In this document: one piece after another, positions 20,328 to 30,338 of the stretch
How positions within the stretch are numbered: the first letter of the stretch is position 1
Layout of the letters: the number at the start of each line of letters is the position of its first letter
Assembly (NCBI GenBank): GCA_965197585.1
Contig: OZ240215.1
Location: 2,880,001 to 2,944,000, forward strand
Reading direction: 5' to 3'
DNA: 64,000 nucleotides
Source: Dehalococcoidia bacterium
GTDB taxonomy: Bacteria; Chloroflexota; Dehalococcoidia; Plut-88900
The notes under the pieces: generated by a model
The model's database searches: none
Seen by the model: the letters and a program-made list of their open reading frames with translations, nothing else
What the model was told of the DNA's origin: nothing
Made by a program: the position numbers and the translations under genes

Positions 20328-21503
20328 CTACGTCCCCCGAGGCAGCCCCAGCCCCCGACGCGCGATGATCCCTCTCTGAACTTCCGATGTGCCCGAGTAG
20401 ATGGCTCCGGCGACGACGTTCAGGTAGAAGTCCGGGATGACACCTTCCATCGGAGCGTGTTTGGAGCCCTCGGTAAGCTGGCTCCCGAGACCCAGGATGT
20501 GCGTGAAGGTGTTCGCCACCCGGATCCACATCTCGGAGCCGTACAGTTTGCCTATCGAGGCCTCGTGGTTGGGGACCAGGCCCGCACCCTGCATCCATGC
20601 GATGCGGTAGCACAGGAGCCGGCTCACTTCGATGTCGATGGCGCACTCGGCCAGTTTGCCCTGCACACCCGGCTCTTCGATCAGGGTCTTGCCGTTGACC
20701 TTCGTTTCCTGGGCGTAGCGTGTCACGTCTTCCAATACTTTCCGGGCCCGGCCCGGGTACTCGATGCCCGACCTCTCAAAGTCCAACGCCGCCATCGCCG
20801 CGTACCAGCCCCGGTTCTTTTCGCCAAGCATGTTCTTTTTCGGGACGCGGACGTTGTCGAAGGTAACCTCGTTGAAGTGGTGCTGGCCCGCCATGGTGAT
20901 CAGGGGGCGTATGGATATGCCCGGCGTGGCCATGTCCAGCAGGAAGTAGGTGATGCCCCGGTGCTTCGGGGCGTCGGGGTCGGTGCGGGTGAGGATGTGC
21001 ATCCAGTTAGCCAGGTGGGCGAAGCTCGTCCAGATCTTGCGGCCGTTGATTACATAGTCGTCGCCATCCTCAACAGCGCGGGTCTGCAGGCCGGCGAGGT
21101 CCGACCCCGCCTCGGGCTCGCTGAATCCCTGGCACCAGAAGGCGTCGCCTTTGGATATGCGGGTCAGGTGCTCTTTTTTCTGCTCCTCGGTCCCGTGGAT
21201 GATGATGGTCGGGCCTATGAAGTCGATGCCCTGGTCCTCGACCTTCTGGGCGCCACGGTGGCTGACCATCTCCTTGAAGATAAGCTGCATCACCGGCGTG
21301 GCCGCCTGACCGCCGTACTCCTTGGGCCAGGCCATGGTGCGCCAACCCTTATCGCCGAACTTGCGGCGCATCTCCATCTCCTGCCTGCCGACGGCATAGA
21401 TGTCGGGCTGAGGGTCGTCCCAGCCTTCGGGCATCTCGTTTTCCAGGAAGCCAGCGAGCTCTTTCTGAAAGGCTATTTCCTCGGTGGTGAGTGCGAAATC
21501 CAT
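20328..21503 (-). CDS. Acyl-CoA dehydrogenase, FadE26-like
   Basis: ATG at 21503 (MDFALT) after RBS AAAGGAG; LDFER and RGLGLPR motifs. Confidence 0.92.
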   Translation of the reverse strand: MDFALTTEEIAFQKELAGFLENEMPEGWDDPQPDIYAVGRQEMEMRRKFGDKGWRTMAWPKEYGGQAATPVMQLIFKEMVSHRGAQKVEDQGIDFIGPTIIIHGTEEQKKEHLTRISKGDAFWCQGFSEPEAGSDLAGLQTRAVEDGDDYVINGRKIWTSFAHLANWMHILTRTDPDAPKHRGITYFLLDMATPGISIRPLITMAGQHHFNEVTFDNVRVPKKNMLGEKNRGWYAAMAALDFERSGIEYPGRARKVLEDVTRYAQETKVNGKTLIEEPGVQGKLAECAIDIEVSRLLCYRIAWMQGAGLVPNHEASIGKLYGSEMWIRVANTFTHILGLGSQLTEGSKHAPMEGVIPDFYLNVVAGAIYSGTSEVQRGIIARRGLGLPRGT

Positions 21504-21721
21504 GACGGCTCCTTTACGTCGGGCCCCGCGGCCCGAGAACGGACTACTAAATAACGGTGCTTCACCCGCAATTCTATGCGGAAGGGGTGGGGTGGGGCAA
21601 ACGGGGGGGGTGGGGTGGGGCAAACGGGGGGGGAGGGGGGGATTATTGACAGACGGAACAGCGATTACGTAGTCTGAACGCTCGTATGTGCACCATGCCG
21701 AGGGCTTGGGAGGACTAAGAG

Positions 21722-21928
21722 ATGAAACTGAACGTAACTATCGACCGAGATGAAGACGGTGTCTGGATTGTCGAGTGCCCGTCGATTCCGGGTTGCGTGA
21801 GCCAGGGCGCTACGAAAGATGAAGCGCTGGTTAATATACGCGAGGCCATAGCCCTCTGCATGGAAGTGCGCGCCGAGCAGGGGTTGCCGTTGACCATAGA
21901 GACACAGCAGGTGGAAGTGGCGTTGTAA
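21722..21928 (+). CDS. hicB: HicB-family antitoxin (short form)
   Basis: DEDGVWIVECPSIPGCVSQGATKDEALVNIREAI. Confidence 0.9.
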   Translation: MKLNVTIDRDEDGVWIVECPSIPGCVSQGATKDEALVNIREAIALCMEVRAEQGLPLTIETQQVEVAL

Positions 21929-22023
21929 TGCCCCGCCTGCCGGTCCTGAGCGGCGAGGCTACGGTGCGGAATTTTGAACGCTTCGGCTGGATCGTGGCTC
22001 GGCAGCGGGGCGCTCTTTATTGA
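21928..22023 (+). pseudogene. hicA: Truncated HicA toxin
   Basis: TAATG coupling to hicB; MPRLPVLSGEATVRNFERFGWIVARQRG breaks off before the GSH motif. Confidence 0.82.
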
Positions 22024-22472
22024 GTTTCTGTTACGCCCTGCAGCAATAGCTGTGATTGTTTAGGGTCACGTTTCGACTCAACAAGTGCTTCGTCTAGAAA
22101 GCTTTTGAGCCTATCCTCTAAATCAAGCCCACGTTCTATTTCACACTCCCAAACGATCAGCGTTTCCCATCCTGCCTCGCTAAGTGCCTTCAAGTTTTTC
22201 AGGTCACGTGCCATATTCCGTTGAAGTTTAGGTTGCCAGTATTCGATATTCGACTTGGGAGTGTGTGCTTTTTGGCAATTGTGAACATGCCAGAAGCATC
22301 CATGCACGAAAATGACTTTTCGGCGGGAACCGAATACTAAATCAGGTTTTCCGGGCAGGTCCTTCTTATGTATCCGAAACCGGTAACCTAGCCTGTGCAC
22401 AAGACTTCGCACCGAGAGTTCGGGCTTCATGTCCTTACTTCGGATCGCCCGCATGTTGGCACTACGGTCCAT
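22017..22472 (-). CDS. vsr: Very short patch repair endonuclease
   Basis: RSANMRAIRSKD.KPE...LPGKPD...FVHGCFWH...VWECE. Confidence 0.93.
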   Translation of the reverse strand: MDRSANMRAIRSKDMKPELSVRSLVHRLGYRFRIHKKDLPGKPDLVFGSRRKVIFVHGCFWHVHNCQKAHTPKSNIEYWQPKLQRNMARDLKNLKALSEAGWETLIVWECEIERGLDLEDRLKSFLDEALVESKRDPKQSQLLLQGVTETQ

Positions 22473-22479
22473 CAGGCTG

Positions 22480-23055
22480 TCATGACTCCAACTTCTGCTT
22501 TAACCACTCAAGAGCAGCCTTCTGGTCATCGATTTTAGCCCGGCGAATCTGGGACAGAAGCCAGATCCGAGTCGGCGGTTCCTGCACCAGATTCTTGGCC
22601 CCTTGATTACAAGCACTGCACAACGCGCGAAGGTTTCCCAGTTCATCCAAGCCGCCGTGGCTCCGGTCAATAATGTGCCCGATGTGGAGGCGCACGTTGC
22701 GGCCAGGGTTTTGGTCGTCCGGTTCACCTGCGCCCGCGCCGCACATTTGGCACGTGTAACCATTCCGTTCAAGCACTTGAGCACGAATCCTGTGTGAAAC
22801 AGGCTTCTCGAACTTGTAGACACCTTCCGGGGGCGGATCACTTGCCAAGATGTACTCTCCTGGCTTTAGCGACGAAAGGTCGTTGTGTGTCTTGATATCC
22901 CAGCCTTCGGAGCGTAGGTCACGGATACGGCGCGCCCACTCGGCAGCACCGCCTGATGCTTCTTGCAGTTCCCGTGACCCCAACACCTTGCCGACGCGAG
23001 ACCGGAAGTATGCGGTGAGCTTCGCCTTTGAACCTATTCGCTTCCGTTGAGGCAA
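22480..23055 (-). CDS. HNH-type restriction endonuclease (KpnI-like architecture)
   Basis: wHTH-like N-terminus EWARRIRDLR; CQMC..HIGH..CSACN; lies between MTase and vsr. Confidence 0.75.
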   Translation of the reverse strand: MPQRKRIGSKAKLTAYFRSRVGKVLGSRELQEASGGAAEWARRIRDLRSEGWDIKTHNDLSSLKPGEYILASDPPPEGVYKFEKPVSHRIRAQVLERNGYTCQMCGAGAGEPDDQNPGRNVRLHIGHIIDRSHGGLDELGNLRALCSACNQGAKNLVQEPPTRIWLLSQIRRAKIDDQKAALEWLKQKLES

Positions 23056-23963
23056 TGAGATACTCGTTGGGCAACGGCATACGCCAATCGCGGCGGAAGA
23101 GCATTGCCGATCTGGCGATAGCGGTGTGTCTTGGTACCAGCCAGCTTCCAGTCGTCAGGAAACGTTTGAAGCCGCGCTGTCATTTCCACCGTCAGCCTAG
23201 GTAAACCTTGGAACCCGGGAGGAGGCGGGGCGTCTGCCAATCCAAGGCCGTCCACCCCAAGCTTGGCCCACTGCTTACGGGCACGGGTAGGTCCCAAATC
23301 CGGCCCTCCATGCTTTTTGGAACCGCCAACTAATGTAGGTGCCGGTTGACTGGCTTTCTGGGCCCACGCATCTGCGTAGTGCCATCCATTTGAGGCCATC
23401 AGGTCTCCGATGGCCTCTCCCACTGTGCGGATGTTGAAGTCAGGTGCAGGCCAAGAGAAAGCTACATCCCTACGGAATGATACTAGGAAAGTACGCTTAC
23501 GAAACTGGGGCACATCGTAATTTACAGCGTCTAAGAGGATCCATTGAGCCGCTCCAAATCCGAGCTGTGTAAGCTCTTTCGCGATGAGTTCGCGGTAGTC
23601 ATTGAACCGATTCGATAGTAATCCACGAACATTTTCAACTATCACCGCTCGGGGTTGGGTCTGGGAAAGAATCTCAAACAATGATGGAAACAGATCGCGC
23701 TCGTCATGCATACCAAGCTGCTTGCCTGCTATTGAGAATGGTGGACAGGGAAGCCCCGCCGCCACCACGTCCACCCCGTGCCAATACGATGCGTCAAATC
23801 GTTCTAGATCAGCCTCAATCACATTCCAGTAAGGGCGATTCATACGGAGTGTCGCACAAGCGTGCGAGTCGTTGTCGACAAGTCCCACATGCTCGAAACC
23901 AGCCGTCTCAAACCCGATTGCCTGCCCACCCGCCCCAGCACAAAGTTCTAAAACGGTAAGCAT
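23034..23963 (-). CDS. DNA (cytosine-5) methyltransferase (M.NaeI/M.NgoMIV-like)
   Basis: ELCAGAGG, PCPPFS, ENV, PQFRKR and QIGNALPP; TRD PTLVGGSKKHGGPDLGPTRAR. Confidence 0.93.
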   Translation of the reverse strand: MLTVLELCAGAGGQAIGFETAGFEHVGLVDNDSHACATLRMNRPYWNVIEADLERFDASYWHGVDVVAAGLPCPPFSIAGKQLGMHDERDLFPSLFEILSQTQPRAVIVENVRGLLSNRFNDYRELIAKELTQLGFGAAQWILLDAVNYDVPQFRKRTFLVSFRRDVAFSWPAPDFNIRTVGEAIGDLMASNGWHYADAWAQKASQPAPTLVGGSKKHGGPDLGPTRARKQWAKLGVDGLGLADAPPPPGFQGLPRLTVEMTARLQTFPDDWKLAGTKTHRYRQIGNALPPRLAYAVAQRVSHCLNGSE

Positions 23964-24226
23964 CTATTTTCCAGTAGAGAATTCATCGAAAAGATCACAT
24001 TGTCCTTAATTACGCCGCCGCTTACCGTAGGTCTCGCCCTCACATCGCTAAACATCTGGACATTCATCTACATGTCGAAACACGCCCAAACCAGACTGCT
24101 TCTCGGTGCTTGCTCCCTGCTCGTCCTTTATGACAGATTCTATCGGAGCTCTTTCGAACATTCAAGCGAGTTTGAGCTTACCTGACAGGTGGATGTCAAG
24201 ATAATGCAAGTACTTTATATCACCCC

Positions 24227-25405
24227 CTAAGCCCCCCTCGGAAGCCCGAGGCCCCTTGTTGCGACTACGTTGCGCTGGATCTCCTGGGAGCCCGACTCTA
24301 TAGTGTAGGGCACCGAGAACAGGTACTGGTTCGATATGAAGCCCTGGATCTCGGCGTATTTGGAGCCCTTCTCCAGCTGACCCTTCAGACCCATCACTTC
24401 CATCCCCACGCGGGCCAGTTTCTGAGACGTCTGGGTGCTTATCAGCCTGAGTAACGAGGCCTCCATGTTGGGCACCATGCCCTCGCCCTGCATCCAGGCG
24501 ATGCGATAGGCCATCATCCGGGAAGTCTCCAGGGACACCGCCACGTCGGCGAGCTTGTGTCGGATCCGGGGGTCGGCGGCTAAGGGCTTGCCGTTGTGGC
24601 TCGTTTCTTTGGCGTACTGAATTAGAAGGTCGAGTATGCGCTTGCCCCCGGCTGGGTGGTTTATCCCGGTCCTTTCGAAGTCCAACAGGGTCATAGCCAC
24701 ATACCAGCCCCGGTTCACCTCGCCGAGCACGTTCTGCTTCGGAATCCGGACGTTGTCGAAGAACTCCTCGTTGAAGGAACTCTCGCCGCTCATCTCCTGG
24801 ATGGGCCGCACGGTGATGCCGGGGGTGTCCATGTCCAGAAGGAGGAAGGTTATGCCCCGATGCTTCACGGCGCTGGTGTCCGTGCGGGCGAGAAGGAACA
24901 TGTGGTCGGCGTACTGCGCGTAGCTCGACCATATCTTCTGTCCGTTGATCACGTATTCATCACCGTCTTCCACAGCGCGGGTCTGCAGCGACGCAAGGTC
25001 GGACCCCGAGCCCGGCTCGCTGAACCCCTGGCACCACACCACCTCGCCCCTGGCTATGTCGCCGAGGTAGGCCCTCTTCTGCTCCTACGTGCCGTGGACC
25101 ATGAGGGTCGGGCCCAGGAGGTTGAGGCCGAAGGAGTCGAGGCCCGGGGCGCCGCGGTATTCCCACTCCTCATTAAAAATGAGCTGGGTCATGGGAGATG
25201 CGCCCTGGCCGCCGTACTCCTTGGGCCAGCCAATGGTGTTCCAGCCCTTTTCGGCCAGCATCTTCCGCCACTTCATCTCCGTGGCATGATCGACGTTGGC
25301 GAAGGATATGGGGCCGCCAATCCAGTCGGAGGGCAGCTCCTTGTCGAGGAAGTCTCTTATCTCCTGGCGAAAGGCAACTTGTTCTTCAGTCAGGTGCAAG
25401 TCCAT
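24227..25405 (-). pseudogene. Acyl-CoA dehydrogenase with a single in-frame TAG
   Basis: MDLHLT...HGT*EQKR; TAG at 25085-25087 where paralogs have Glu or Pro; both halves are in the same frame. Confidence 0.85.
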
Positions 25406-25434
25406 GTTTTCTCTCCTTGTGTGGCGGGAATAAC

Positions 25435-26580
25435 CTAGAGATTGTAAAGCCGGATGGCGTTTTCTCCCAGTACCTTGGCCTGGTCGGGCTCCGGGAGGGG
25501 GCTGAGGGTCTGCCTGATCGTATTCACGGGGTCTGAGTGGCCTTCCGAGTGGGGATAGTCCGACGCCCATACGAACCGGTCGGCCTGGAGCCTTTCGATC
25601 ATTGGCAGCGCCAGGTCCTCGTCGGGGTCCATGGAGATCCAGCACTGGTTTCGGAAATACTCGCTGGGCATGAGCTTCATGGGAGTGGTGAAGTGGAACT
25701 GCTCGGATGTGTGGTCCATCCGCTCCAGCCACCAGGCTATCCAGCCGCAGCCGCTCTCCAGAACCGCCACCTTGAGGTCCGGGAACCGATCAAAGACTCC
25801 GCCTTCGAACAGGGTGGTGAAGGCAATCATCACGTTTCCGGGCGCCATGACGTTGGTGAACCACCAAGGGGTAGGCGGGTAGTCCGGCGACTCTGGGATG
25901 GGGTAGAGGTGGCTGCCGGGAAAGCTGGGGTCGCCGACAACGTGCAGGCCGATGGGGATCCCCCGGCCCTGGGCCTCGGCCCAGAAGGGGTCGAAGTAGA
26001 CGTCGCCGTAGGGTCGGCCGTTCACAGAGTTCGCGCTCAGCATCATACCCTTTGCCCCAAGACCCCCTGCCCGAGCCAGTTCGGAAACCGCTCCCTCCAC
26101 CTCGATCATGGAAATCATGGCCACGGGTATCAATCGCTGGGGGTAGGGTCGGCAAAAGTCGAACAGCCAGTCGTTGTAGGCCCGGCAGTAGGCCTCGGCG
26201 ACGTCTGCCTGCCGGCACTCGGCCTGCCAGCTAAGTCCAAGCGAGGGATACAGGACCGCCACGTCTATGCCGTCCTCGTCCAGCACCTTGATCCGCTCGT
26301 GGGGGTCCACGGCACCCTGCACGATGCCCTCTTCATAGGTAACCATTCCCGGAGTGAGGAGGGGGACCAGGTCCTGGTCGATGGAGCAGATCCGGCCCAG
26401 GGTGCCGCCCTGAAGGAGCAGTCCAACCGGCTTTTGCCCGTTAACCGAAAGGTATTCCAGGCCCTGGTCGTCCTTCGTCAACCGCATGGCCAGATGACGG
26501 TACTCGGGATCGATGTGCCGCTCCCAGAGGTCCGAGGGCTCGGTCACGTGGGCGTCGGCGTCTACTATCGTGGTATTCAC
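25435..26580 (-). CDS. Amidohydrolase_2 family protein
   Basis: DADAHVTEP, GLH, LESG and WASDYPH motifs. Confidence 0.9.
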   Translation of the reverse strand: MNTTIVDADAHVTEPSDLWERHIDPEYRHLAMRLTKDDQGLEYLSVNGQKPVGLLLQGGTLGRICSIDQDLVPLLTPGMVTYEEGIVQGAVDPHERIKVLDEDGIDVAVLYPSLGLSWQAECRQADVAEAYCRAYNDWLFDFCRPYPQRLIPVAMISMIEVEGAVSELARAGGLGAKGMMLSANSVNGRPYGDVYFDPFWAEAQGRGIPIGLHVVGDPSFPGSHLYPIPESPDYPPTPWWFTNVMAPGNVMIAFTTLFEGGVFDRFPDLKVAVLESGCGWIAWWLERMDHTSEQFHFTTPMKLMPSEYFRNQCWISMDPDEDLALPMIERLQADRFVWASDYPHSEGHSDPVNTIRQTLSPLPEPDQAKVLGENAIRLYNL

Positions 26581-26669
26581 ACCTTTGACCTGTATATCGA
26601 CAACATATGGCTCGACGCACCGGCGAAGTGGCCGGTCCGTGAAGCGGCGGACAGCGGTCCGCGCGTTCG

Positions 26670-26909
26670 CTAGGGCAAGGACACTGCGAGACAGGTCACG
26701 GTCTTGACGACACTGCCGACGGCGTGGACCTTGTTGGTAACCAGCTCGCCTATGGTGTTGACGTCCTCGGCTTCCAGGACGACTATCACGTCGTATGGCC
26801 CGACCACGGCATCCACTGACGTCACACCAGTGACATTCCTCAGGTTTTTGACGACGGTGTTGGTGGTTCCGACTGCAGTCTCGATGAGAACGAAGGCCTT
26901 ATTTGCCAT
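26670..26909 (-). CDS. Lrp/AsnC ligand-binding domain protein
   Basis: MANKAFVLIE...VVGPYDVIV...TVTCL; start at 26909 after GGAGGGG. Confidence 0.85.
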   Translation of the reverse strand: MANKAFVLIETAVGTTNTVVKNLRNVTGVTSVDAVVGPYDVIVVLEAEDVNTIGELVTNKVHAVGSVVKTVTCLAVSLP

Positions 26910-27087
26910 TTGCCCCTCCCCTTGGGCTCGGGGCCAGCGCCCCTGTAGGTGTCCGCATTCTATTCCGTACGGAAAAATGGTGTCAAACGGCGCTTGTCCG
27001 GTCACCATCCACACCTGTGCTCAAAGTTGCAGACAGCCCTCGCACGTGAGGCTAAGAATTCGGTAGAGGAATACGCAAGGGCTTATA

Positions 27088-28260
27088 ATGAATGTCGAAC
27101 ATGAGGATCATCGAACAGGGGTCAATGTATTACACAATCACGGGAACACTCCATTGAGAAACCGTCTGGAAAGTATAACTCTCAAGGGCTTCAAGACCAT
27201 AAAAGCCCTTGAGAACTTCGGCCCCAACAACCTTTCAGTTCTTATTGGACCGAACGGCGCAGGCAAGTCCAATTTTATATCCTTCTTTCGCATGATGAGT
27301 TGGATGTTAGCCGACCCTGAAAATTTGCAAGTTCACGTTGCCGAACAAGGTGGTGCCGGGAGATTGCTGCATGACGGCCCGGATAGAACCCGTGAAATCG
27401 AAGCAGAGCTGACCATTCGAACCGATGCCGGAGAGAACCAGTACGCCTTCCGACTATTCTTTGCAGCCGGTGATGTCTTGATCTTTGCCGATGAGCGTTA
27501 TCGGTTCTCCAGAGAAGGCTATGGCACAAAAGCGTCTTGGACATCAATCGGTGCTGGACATCGCTCGCCCGGTCTCCTAGGCAGAGACAACGTAGATATT
27601 ACAGCAGGCGTCATATTAAGCATTTTGAAGAGGATTAACGTATACCAGTTTCACAACACGTCGGCCACGGCCCGCATCCGTGGCAAGTGGAACGTTTTCG
27701 ACAACCGATACCTCAAAGAAGATGCCGCCAACATAGCTCCGGTTCTCTATCGCCTGAAGATGGAGGAAGGCGCACATTATCAACGGATTGTGGGCAACAT
27801 ACGTCTTGTACTACCGTTCTTCTCCGATTTTGAATTGGTTCCCTATTACGACAGCCTGCTCCTCAGTTGGCGCGAAAGAAACAGTGATCAGGTCTTCAAC
27901 GTTTCACAGGCCTCGGATGGTATGCTGCGCGTGATTGCGTTAGTCACGCTTCTCCTTCAACCCGAGATCGACCTACCGGACGTACTGATACTTGACGAGC
28001 CTGAACTTGGACTTCACCCTTACGCCATCAATGTGATTAGCGGGCTAATACGCGCCGTGTCTACCAGGGCACAAGTTATTATCGCCACACAGTCGGCGGC
28101 ATTTGTCGATTGTTTTGAGCCTGCCGACGTAGTCGTAGTAGAGCGAAATGGCCGAGAATCTTCCTTCCGCCGGCTCGATGAGAAAGACCTAGCCTTTTGG
28201 CTTGAAGACTATTCTCTCTCCGAGCTTTGGGAGAAGAATGTGCTCGGAGGAAGTCCTTAG
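27088..28260 (+). CDS. AAA_21/ABC-type ATPase
   Basis: GPNGAGKSN, SDGMLR, LDEPELGLHP and ATQS motifs. Confidence 0.92.
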   Translation: MNVEHEDHRTGVNVLHNHGNTPLRNRLESITLKGFKTIKALENFGPNNLSVLIGPNGAGKSNFISFFRMMSWMLADPENLQVHVAEQGGAGRLLHDGPDRTREIEAELTIRTDAGENQYAFRLFFAAGDVLIFADERYRFSREGYGTKASWTSIGAGHRSPGLLGRDNVDITAGVILSILKRINVYQFHNTSATARIRGKWNVFDNRYLKEDAANIAPVLYRLKMEEGAHYQRIVGNIRLVLPFFSDFELVPYYDSLLLSWRERNSDQVFNVSQASDGMLRVIALVTLLLQPEIDLPDVLILDEPELGLHPYAINVISGLIRAVSTRAQVIIATQSAAFVDCFEPADVVVVERNGRESSFRRLDEKDLAFWLEDYSLSELWEKNVLGGSP

Positions 28261-28952
28261 TGGAGATCAGGCTCAACTTCATCGTAGAAGGACAGACTGA
28301 AAGGACTTTCGTTAAGCAAATCCTTAAACCTCACCTCGCTGATATTTCGATCTGGGCTTCGGCACGCTGCGTTGAGACGAAGCGTTCAAGGAATCGCAAG
28401 TTCAGTGGAGGCATTCAAAAATATAGTCTTGTAAAGAAAGACATTCAGAATTGGATGAAAGAGGACCAAAATCCCAACGTTCGCTTCACTACCATGCTCG
28501 ATCTTTATGCGCTTCCGGCTGACTTCCCTGGCTACAAAATTGCTAAAGGAGTAACCGACCCCTATCAGCGAGCAAGAACACTAGAGGATGCTCTTGAAGA
28601 GGATATTGCCGACAACAGGTTGATTCCTTACATTCAACTACATGAGTTTGAGGCATTGTTGTTGGCTGATCCACTCAAACTCGGCACGGAGTTTCTCAAT
28701 AGCGAGACGGGGATACGCGAACTCGTTAGCCTAACTTCCCAATATGAGTCCCCGGAACTCATAGATGATGGGAGCAACACTGCCCCATCAAAAAGAATCA
28801 TTGCTGAAATACCTGAATATGAAGGAAGGAAGCAGTCCGCGGGGCCGAACGTCGCCGATAAGATAGGCTTGTCAACGTTGCGATCAAAGTGCACTCATTT
28901 CGATGGATGGGTGCGCACATTGGAGCTTCTTTCTGCTAATTACGCCGAATAG
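28227..28952 (+). CDS. DUF4276 family protein (TOPRIM-like)
   Basis: VEGQTE...TTMLDLY...HEFEALL...PSKRI...CTHF; start probably GTG near 28260. Confidence 0.85.
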   Translation: MGEECARRKSLVEIRLNFIVEGQTERTFVKQILKPHLADISIWASARCVETKRSRNRKFSGGIQKYSLVKKDIQNWMKEDQNPNVRFTTMLDLYALPADFPGYKIAKGVTDPYQRARTLEDALEEDIADNRLIPYIQLHEFEALLLADPLKLGTEFLNSETGIRELVSLTSQYESPELIDDGSNTAPSKRIIAEIPEYEGRKQSAGPNVADKIGLSTLRSKCTHFDGWVRTLELLSANYAE

Positions 28953-28970
28953 TAGTCAAAGCAAAACTAA

Positions 28971-29381
28971 GTGGAGGAATACAACATGGGAATTTCCCTG
29001 GCAGAAGCCAACAAGATGTGCGAAGTAGCCATGGCCAAGGCGGACGAGCTGGGCATAAAGATTAGCGCCGCCGTCTGCGACTCGGGAGGACGACTTATCG
29101 CCTTCAACCGGATGGACGGAGCGTTCTGGGCCAGCGTTTACGGGTCCCAGGGCAAGGCGACGGCCTCTACGGCATTTGGCCGGGCCAGCGTGCAGCTGAT
29201 GGAGCGAGCCGACCACCCGACCATCCGAGGCATCATCGCCGCTGACGACGGTCGCATGATCCCGGGCCAAGGCGCGATACCTGTCATCAGGAACGGCGTC
29301 GTTGAGGGTGCCTGCGGAGTCGGGGGCGGCACGGGTGAAGAGGACGAGGTCTGCGCCCAGGCTGCCGTGGACGCACTGTAA
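28971..29381 (+). CDS. GlcG/HbpS (DUF336) heme-binding protein
   Basis: AVCDSGG...RMDGA...KA.TA...GACGVGGG..EEDE. Confidence 0.88.
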   Translation: MEEYNMGISLAEANKMCEVAMAKADELGIKISAAVCDSGGRLIAFNRMDGAFWASVYGSQGKATASTAFGRASVQLMERADHPTIRGIIAADDGRMIPGQGAIPVIRNGVVEGACGVGGGTGEEDEVCAQAAVDAL

Positions 29382-29426
29382 AACCCCCGCTCATCCTGAG
29401 CTTAGTCGAAGGGTCGAGCGGATGCT

Positions 29427-30338
29427 TTAGTCGGCTAGATTCAACGGCAGACCCTGAAGTTGCCCCACCCTCGCCCGAGCGTGTTCAACATATGCCGGGT
29501 TGATTTCGTAGCCGACATACCGGCGGTTGACCTGCACTGCCGCCTCGGCAGTCGTGCCAGAGCCCATGAACGGGTCCAGCACGATGTCTCCAACAAACGA
29601 GTACAGTTCGATCAGTCTCAGCGGAAGCTCGACGGGGAAGGGGGCGGGGTGGTTGGCCTTTTTCGCACTGGCCGCGGGAAAGCGCCAGATGCTCTTGGTG
29701 TATTCCAGGAACTCGTCCCGGCCTACGCTGTTCTCACCCGTCACCCGACGCTTGTACGCATCCTTGCAGAAGACCAGGATATATTCGTGGACGTCTCGCA
29801 AGACCGGATTGCTCGCCGACCTCCAGCTCCCCCATGCGCAGGACGAGCCTGCGCTAGCGCCCTTGTCCCAGATGATCTCGCCCCGCATCTGGAACCCGCA
29901 CTCACGAGCGATGTCCGTCAGGTAGGCGTGGAATGGTATGTAGGGAGTCCGCCCGACGTTGGCTATGTTGACACACGCGCGTCCGCCCCTCACGAGAGTA
30001 CGGTAAGTCTCCTTCAAGACGTGGGCCAGCATGTCCAGATATTCAGTCAGTGAAAGGTCGGCGTCATATTCCTTGGTTGCGCTGTAGGGTGGAGACGTGA
30101 TCATCAAGTGAACGGAGTTGTCGGGGAGGTGGTGCATGTCGCGGCTATCGGCGCAGTGGATGACGTCCAGCCGATCAGGGATGTTTTCTTGGTAGTTGGT
30201 CTGACTTTTGTCCGCGTCTCGCAAGCCTTTGTAGAGGGGCTGGTCATAGAAAGCCCGGGAGTCGTGGCCCTCCCGGCTCACCGTGCCGAAGGAGGAGGTT
30301 TTGCTGCGTTTTACAGTGCGTCCCATAGACCTATCCAA
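29427..30338 (-). CDS. Beta-class N4-C/N6-A DNA methyltransferase
   Basis: TSPPY, HPAPFP and VLDPFMGSGTT motifs. Confidence 0.92.
   Translation of the reverse strand: MDRSMGRTVKRSKTSSFGTVSREGHDSRAFYDQPLYKGLRDADKSQTNYQENIPDRLDVIHCADSRDMHHLPDNSVHLMITSPPYSATKEYDADLSLTEYLDMLAHVLKETYRTLVRGGRACVNIANVGRTPYIPFHAYLTDIARECGFQMRGEIIWDKGASAGSSCAWGSWRSASNPVLRDVHEYILVFCKDAYKRRVTGENSVGRDEFLEYTKSIWRFPAASAKKANHPAPFPVELPLRLIELYSFVGDIVLDPFMGSGTTAEAAVQVNRRYVGYEINPAYVEHARARVGQLQGLPLNLAD

Noticed and set aside
21504-21623. 40-aa N-terminal extension of the ACAD in the ORF track
   Set aside because: It runs through the G-tract/promoter region; paralog alignment and the RBS support ATG 21503
24000-24185. 61-aa hydrophobic ORF upstream of the C5 MTase
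   Set aside because: No RBS or HTH motif of an RM controller protein; unsupported
25085-25087. Pyrrolysine recoding of the TAG
   Set aside because: The position is a non-catalytic Glu/Pro in paralogs and no pyl genes are in view; a point mutation is simpler
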